IMG/VR virus record: IMGVR_UViG_3300033153_006964
Span: 1 to 39,157 of that record
Strand: one strand, 5' to 3'
Length of the DNA: 39,157 nucleotides
Source of the DNA: a virus
Lineage: Duplodnaviria; Caudoviricetes
Position numbers and translations under genes: made by a program. The notes below the pieces were generated by a model. That model did not search any database. It had not been told where the DNA came from and was given only the letters and a program-made list of their open reading frames with translations. Shown in pieces: positions 36,059 to 39,157 of this stretch (within the stretch, counting starts at the first letter, position 1; each line of letters begins with the position of its first letter).

Positions 36059-36061
36059 TAT

Positions 36062-37021
36062 ATGAAATTTTTACTATTATTTTTATTATCATTTAGTGCA
36101 TTCGCGATAACGATAACAAATGATTCTATAATTGACGCTGACCAGTTGAGGGTTTTAAATAGTGCATCTATTACTCTTAATAATAATATGGATGCGAATT
36201 CCAAAAACATTACTGGAGTCGCTAACTTGACTGCAACAGGAACAACGACATTAAATACTGGACTGACTGGATTTTTAAAAGCGGCGTCTGGTGTTGTTTC
36301 GTCAACCACAGCACTATCAACAACAGTCACAAAGACCACAGCAACACTTGCTGTAACTGGAGAGGAAAATATTTTATGCGATTCATCTTCTGGAAACGTG
36401 ACATTAACTCTTCCAGCAGTTTCAGGCAATAATGGCCTAACTTATAGAATACACAATTTATCTGACTCAAATACATGTACCATAGACGGCAACGCTTCTG
36501 AGACAATAAACGGAGTGCTTTCGCTAGACCTCGAATCTGCCAAAGACAGTCTAACTATAACTACAGACGGGACTAGTTGGTATTCATTATCACAAAACAT
36601 AGATTACATAGCAGAAGCCGGGGGTAATGACAGTAATACGATAACAGCAAATACAGAAGATATACTCTTCGATACAGCATCGAATGATACTCACGGGTCG
36701 TGGACTAATGCTGGCAATACTGGAGGATCTGCTCCCGGGGCCGGAGCTACAGATGCGTTTACCGCAGAGGTCGCAGGATGCTTTTCTGTAACTGGAAGCA
36801 TGCGAACTAGTTCAGCAACAACAGCAGAAATGGCCGTTTACGTTGATGGAAGTAAAGCCAAGGTCGTTGGATACTTTGCCACAAGGTCTAATGACATATT
36901 TAACGGAACGATATGCTTGGCTGTTAATGAAGTGTTGACCATGAGGACAGATATAGGTTTTGTGCTGGCAGGCGGTGCTGGTGACCATTGGATAAAAATT
37001 ATAAGGATAAGCCATGATTAA
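36062..37021 (+). CDS. Fibre-like protein with C1q/TNF-like C-terminus and an N-terminal Sec signal peptide
   Basis: MKFLLLFLLSFSAFA|IT, TLTLPAVSGNNGLTYRI...TIDGNASETING fibre module, ILFDT...FTAEVAGCFSV. Confidence 0.6.
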   Translation: MKFLLLFLLSFSAFAITITNDSIIDADQLRVLNSASITLNNNMDANSKNITGVANLTATGTTTLNTGLTGFLKAASGVVSSTTALSTTVTKTTATLAVTGEENILCDSSSGNVTLTLPAVSGNNGLTYRIHNLSDSNTCTIDGNASETINGVLSLDLESAKDSLTITTDGTSWYSLSQNIDYIAEAGGNDSNTITANTEDILFDTASNDTHGSWTNAGNTGGSAPGAGATDAFTAEVAGCFSVTGSMRTSSATTAEMAVYVDGSKAKVVGYFATRSNDIFNGTICLAVNEVLTMRTDIGFVLAGGAGDHWIKIIRISHD

Positions 37022-37280
37022 AACTAGATTAATAAGCGAAACAAAAGCAATTGATGAGCATGGGTTTTTTGATGACCAAGAAGGTTCAGACAAATACATA
37101 ATAAAACTGGTTTCTAAATATGGCCTACTGGAGGGTGAATATACAATAGAAAGCGGTGACATAACCGCAGAGGTCGAGGCTAAAAAAGCAAAGAATGATG
37201 CAAAAAAAGCCTTAAAAAATAAGCTCGACGGCGGCGAAGATTTAAGCCTAAAAGAGATTAATGATTATCTAAGAGAGTAA
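37014..37280 (+). CDS. Hypothetical protein (possible fibre chaperone)
   Basis: AAGGA RBS, follows the fibre gene. Confidence 0.55.
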   Translation: MIKTRLISETKAIDEHGFFDDQEGSDKYIIKLVSKYGLLEGEYTIESGDITAEVEAKKAKNDAKKALKNKLDGGEDLSLKEINDYLRE

Positions 37281-37346
37281 AAACTTTTACTAACATGAAT
37301 TTTTATGAAACAATATTTGGTATTAATCTATAAGGAATATTGAATT

Positions 37347-37622
37347 ATGATCTTAACTAGCAGAACAAAGCAATTGATGCATCAAGCAATGGACGGCAAC
37401 GTTCAACTTGTACCAATTATGCACCAATTATCACACTACACATCTATAAACGGGATATTAACCTGGCTAATCAGAAATAGAATTACAGGTTATAACTTAG
37501 TAGATTGGTTAAAAATTAATCATAACAATTCCTTAATGGGAATGGTAAAATTTATCATCAAGCATCACAACAAAGATCTTGAGGAAAGGGCAATTATTTT
37601 AGGAAGGGACTGGGTGAAGTAA
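37347..37622 (+). CDS. Hypothetical protein
   Basis: AAGGA RBS, 91 aa. Confidence 0.65.
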   Translation: MILTSRTKQLMHQAMDGNVQLVPIMHQLSHYTSINGILTWLIRNRITGYNLVDWLKINHNNSLMGMVKFIIKHHNKDLEERAIILGRDWVK

Positions 37623-37829
37623 GTGACGAACCAAGAACTGTATCAAGAAATAAAAGAGCTAAGGCAAGAAGGCAGAAAAGATAGAGAAGTCTTGCTTAAG
37701 CACATTCACAGCCTTGAAAAAGAATTAACGCTTTTTAAGGGAAAATCTTTTGGATTTATGGTGGCTTTAAGTTTAGTATTTACAGTAATTACAAATGTGG
37801 GCATCGCCCTAATAACTAAAGGAGATTAA
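37623..37829 (+). CDS. Membrane protein, possible holin/antiholin
   Basis: Coiled coil plus C-terminal TM segment FGFMVALSLVFTVITNVGIALI, in the lysis region. Confidence 0.5.
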   Translation: MTNQELYQEIKELRQEGRKDREVLLKHIHSLEKELTLFKGKSFGFMVALSLVFTVITNVGIALITKGD

Positions 37830-37830
37830 A

Positions 37831-38049
37831 ATGTTAGAAAAAAAAGATTTATTAGAGATGGCAAAAAACAGAGGCGTTGATCTCGGTGAAGAATTAGCAG
37901 AAAAAGGAATGAAAGAGATGGCGCATCTTGTTTTAGACATCCTTGGCAAGGCTATTGATGAATCAGAAAACAAGTGGGATGACATGATCAAGGTTGCTCT
38001 TATGGGAAAACTTAGAGACATGGCCGATAAAATTGAAGTGAGTCTATAA
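37831..38049 (+). CDS. Hypothetical protein
   Basis: AAGGAG RBS, 72 aa. Confidence 0.65.
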   Translation: MLEKKDLLEMAKNRGVDLGEELAEKGMKEMAHLVLDILGKAIDESENKWDDMIKVALMGKLRDMADKIEVSL

Positions 38050-38052
38050 TAA

Positions 38053-38253
38053 ATGCAAGCAAAGCTAATTGAATGGCTTTCAAAATACCTACTAATCCCC
38101 CTCATTATGAAGGGGATCCAGTGGATTAAAGACTGGACATCTGAGTTTTTCAGAAAAAGAAAGCTCAAAAAAGAAAATGATAAAAAGGTTGAAAATTATG
38201 AAGAGTCTACTACGATTGATGAGTCTCGTGATACTTTCAGGGACTTGCCTTAG
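38053..38253 (+). CDS. Putative inner-membrane spanin-like protein
   Basis: Hydrophobic N-terminus, charged C-terminus, 3' end overlaps a lipoprotein gene. Confidence 0.4.
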   Translation: MQAKLIEWLSKYLLIPLIMKGIQWIKDWTSEFFRKRKLKKENDKKVENYEESTTIDESRDTFRDLP

Positions 38254-38536
38254 CGGCTGCTTAAATCCAAATTCATACCCAAGAATATCAGATCAAGAAC
38301 AACTCTCCCCGAATTTTGTATATGTGAAAATTGATGGAAAAGAATATATTGACGTTGAAAAATCTGTATGTTTCTCCAGGGTTTACCGCATTGCAAAAGG
38401 ATATATAGGATCAGTAGGCAACGAAATGGATCTTAATATAAAGGAGTGCAACAAGGTGATCGGATATGCACCCTCTGAGTATGGAGTTTTTGCTACTTGG
38501 ATGGAGAATTTTCGACATTGGCTACTGGGCTTCTAG
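38198..38536 (+). CDS. Lipoprotein, putative outer-membrane spanin-like
   Basis: MKSLLRLMSLVILSGTCLSG|C lipobox LSGC, overlaps the previous gene. Confidence 0.5.
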   Translation: MKSLLRLMSLVILSGTCLSGCLNPNSYPRISDQEQLSPNFVYVKIDGKEYIDVEKSVCFSRVYRIAKGYIGSVGNEMDLNIKECNKVIGYAPSEYGVFATWMENFRHWLLGF

Positions 38537-38537
38537 A

Positions 38538-38924
38538 ATGGATGCAATAGAATATGCACTTCTATTTGTTGGTGTAAAATACGCGTGGGCCGGAGAGTCG
38601 GTTGAAGAGGGTTATGATTGCTCAGGGTTCATCCAGGAGGTCTTAGCTGGCCAGGGAATTGATCCTAAGGGGGATCAGACGGCTCAGCAGCTTTATGATA
38701 TCTTCAGGAAAAACACCCCATATAACATAAGATCGCCTCGAAGAAATTATTTACTGTTTTTTGGCAAATCAAAAACTCAAATTTCTCACATTGCTATGGC
38801 CATAGACGAAAAGCAAATGATCGAAGCTGGTGGTGAGGGGAGAACTCCCACATCGAATGGGATGATTAGAATTAGACCTATCAACAATAGAAGTGATTTA
38901 GTTTCAATTATCCAGGTATTGTAA
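38538..38924 (+). CDS. NlpC/P60 (C40) peptidoglycan peptidase, probable endolysin
   Basis: GVKYAWAGE...GYDCSGF catalytic Cys, LLFFG...SHIAM catalytic His, MIEAGG. Confidence 0.88.
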   Translation: MDAIEYALLFVGVKYAWAGESVEEGYDCSGFIQEVLAGQGIDPKGDQTAQQLYDIFRKNTPYNIRSPRRNYLLFFGKSKTQISHIAMAIDEKQMIEAGGEGRTPTSNGMIRIRPINNRSDLVSIIQVL

Positions 38925-39157
38925 AACTTCAATATCTATTTCTATTTTATATTTTTCTGAATGAATTTTTTCAAAGCTACCTTTTTTCACAAAAGCATCG
39001 TCAAATGATAATCCCAGGAATAGCGTGTCCTGTGTTGGTTTTAATGGATTGTCAGCATCTCCAGAGGCCTTGCTTATTCGCCCATCTTTTCTATTAACCG
39101 GGAAGTAAAATTTGTACTCGACAAATAAATAGTGTGATTTTTCATCAAAATACTTGT
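38904..39157 (-). CDS. rusA: RusA-like resolvase, C-terminal part (joined to 187..1)
   Basis: FDEKSHYLFVEYKFYFP...SGDADNPLKPTQDTLFLGLSFDDAFV: DxDN..K...D and DD catalytic pattern. TGA at 38904-38906. Confidence 0.78.
   Translation of the reverse strand, partial: KYFDEKSHYLFVEYKFYFPVNRKDGRISKASGDADNPLKPTQDTLFLGLSFDDAFVKKGSFEKIHSEKYKIEIDIEVLQYLDN

Overview
The window looks like a complete, circularly assembled ~39.15 kb tailed-phage genome. The last 9 nt repeat the first 9 nt, and a RusA-like resolvase ORF reads in frame across the junction. Layout: a leftward recombination operon (ERF, SSB, DEDDh exonuclease, RusA); a rightward early region (HTH, replication initiator with internal iterons, DnaB-type helicase, many small ORFs, a tRNA-like structured RNA, C5 DNA methyltransferase, lipoprotein, HExxH protein); packaging genes; a Mu-like head module with a block of fibre/lectin genes inserted after the portal; a non-contractile (sipho) tail module with a gpG/gpGT -1 frameshift; and a lysis cassette with an NlpC/P60 hydrolase and putative spanins. 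I could not recognise an integrase, transposase, CI repressor or DNA polymerase. The most striking signal is in the essential large terminase gene. Its Walker A motif (YGGSA|GGGKT) is split by a 7-nt insert beginning with a stop codon (TAAAGAG, 13021-13027), flanked by predicted hairpins and ~120 nt downstream of a free-standing NUMOD4-HNH endonuclease gene. This resembles the T4 mobA/gene 60 endonuclease plus ribosomal-bypass cassette, but an assembly error must be excluded first. All family assignments come from motif recognition by eye; no searches were run.
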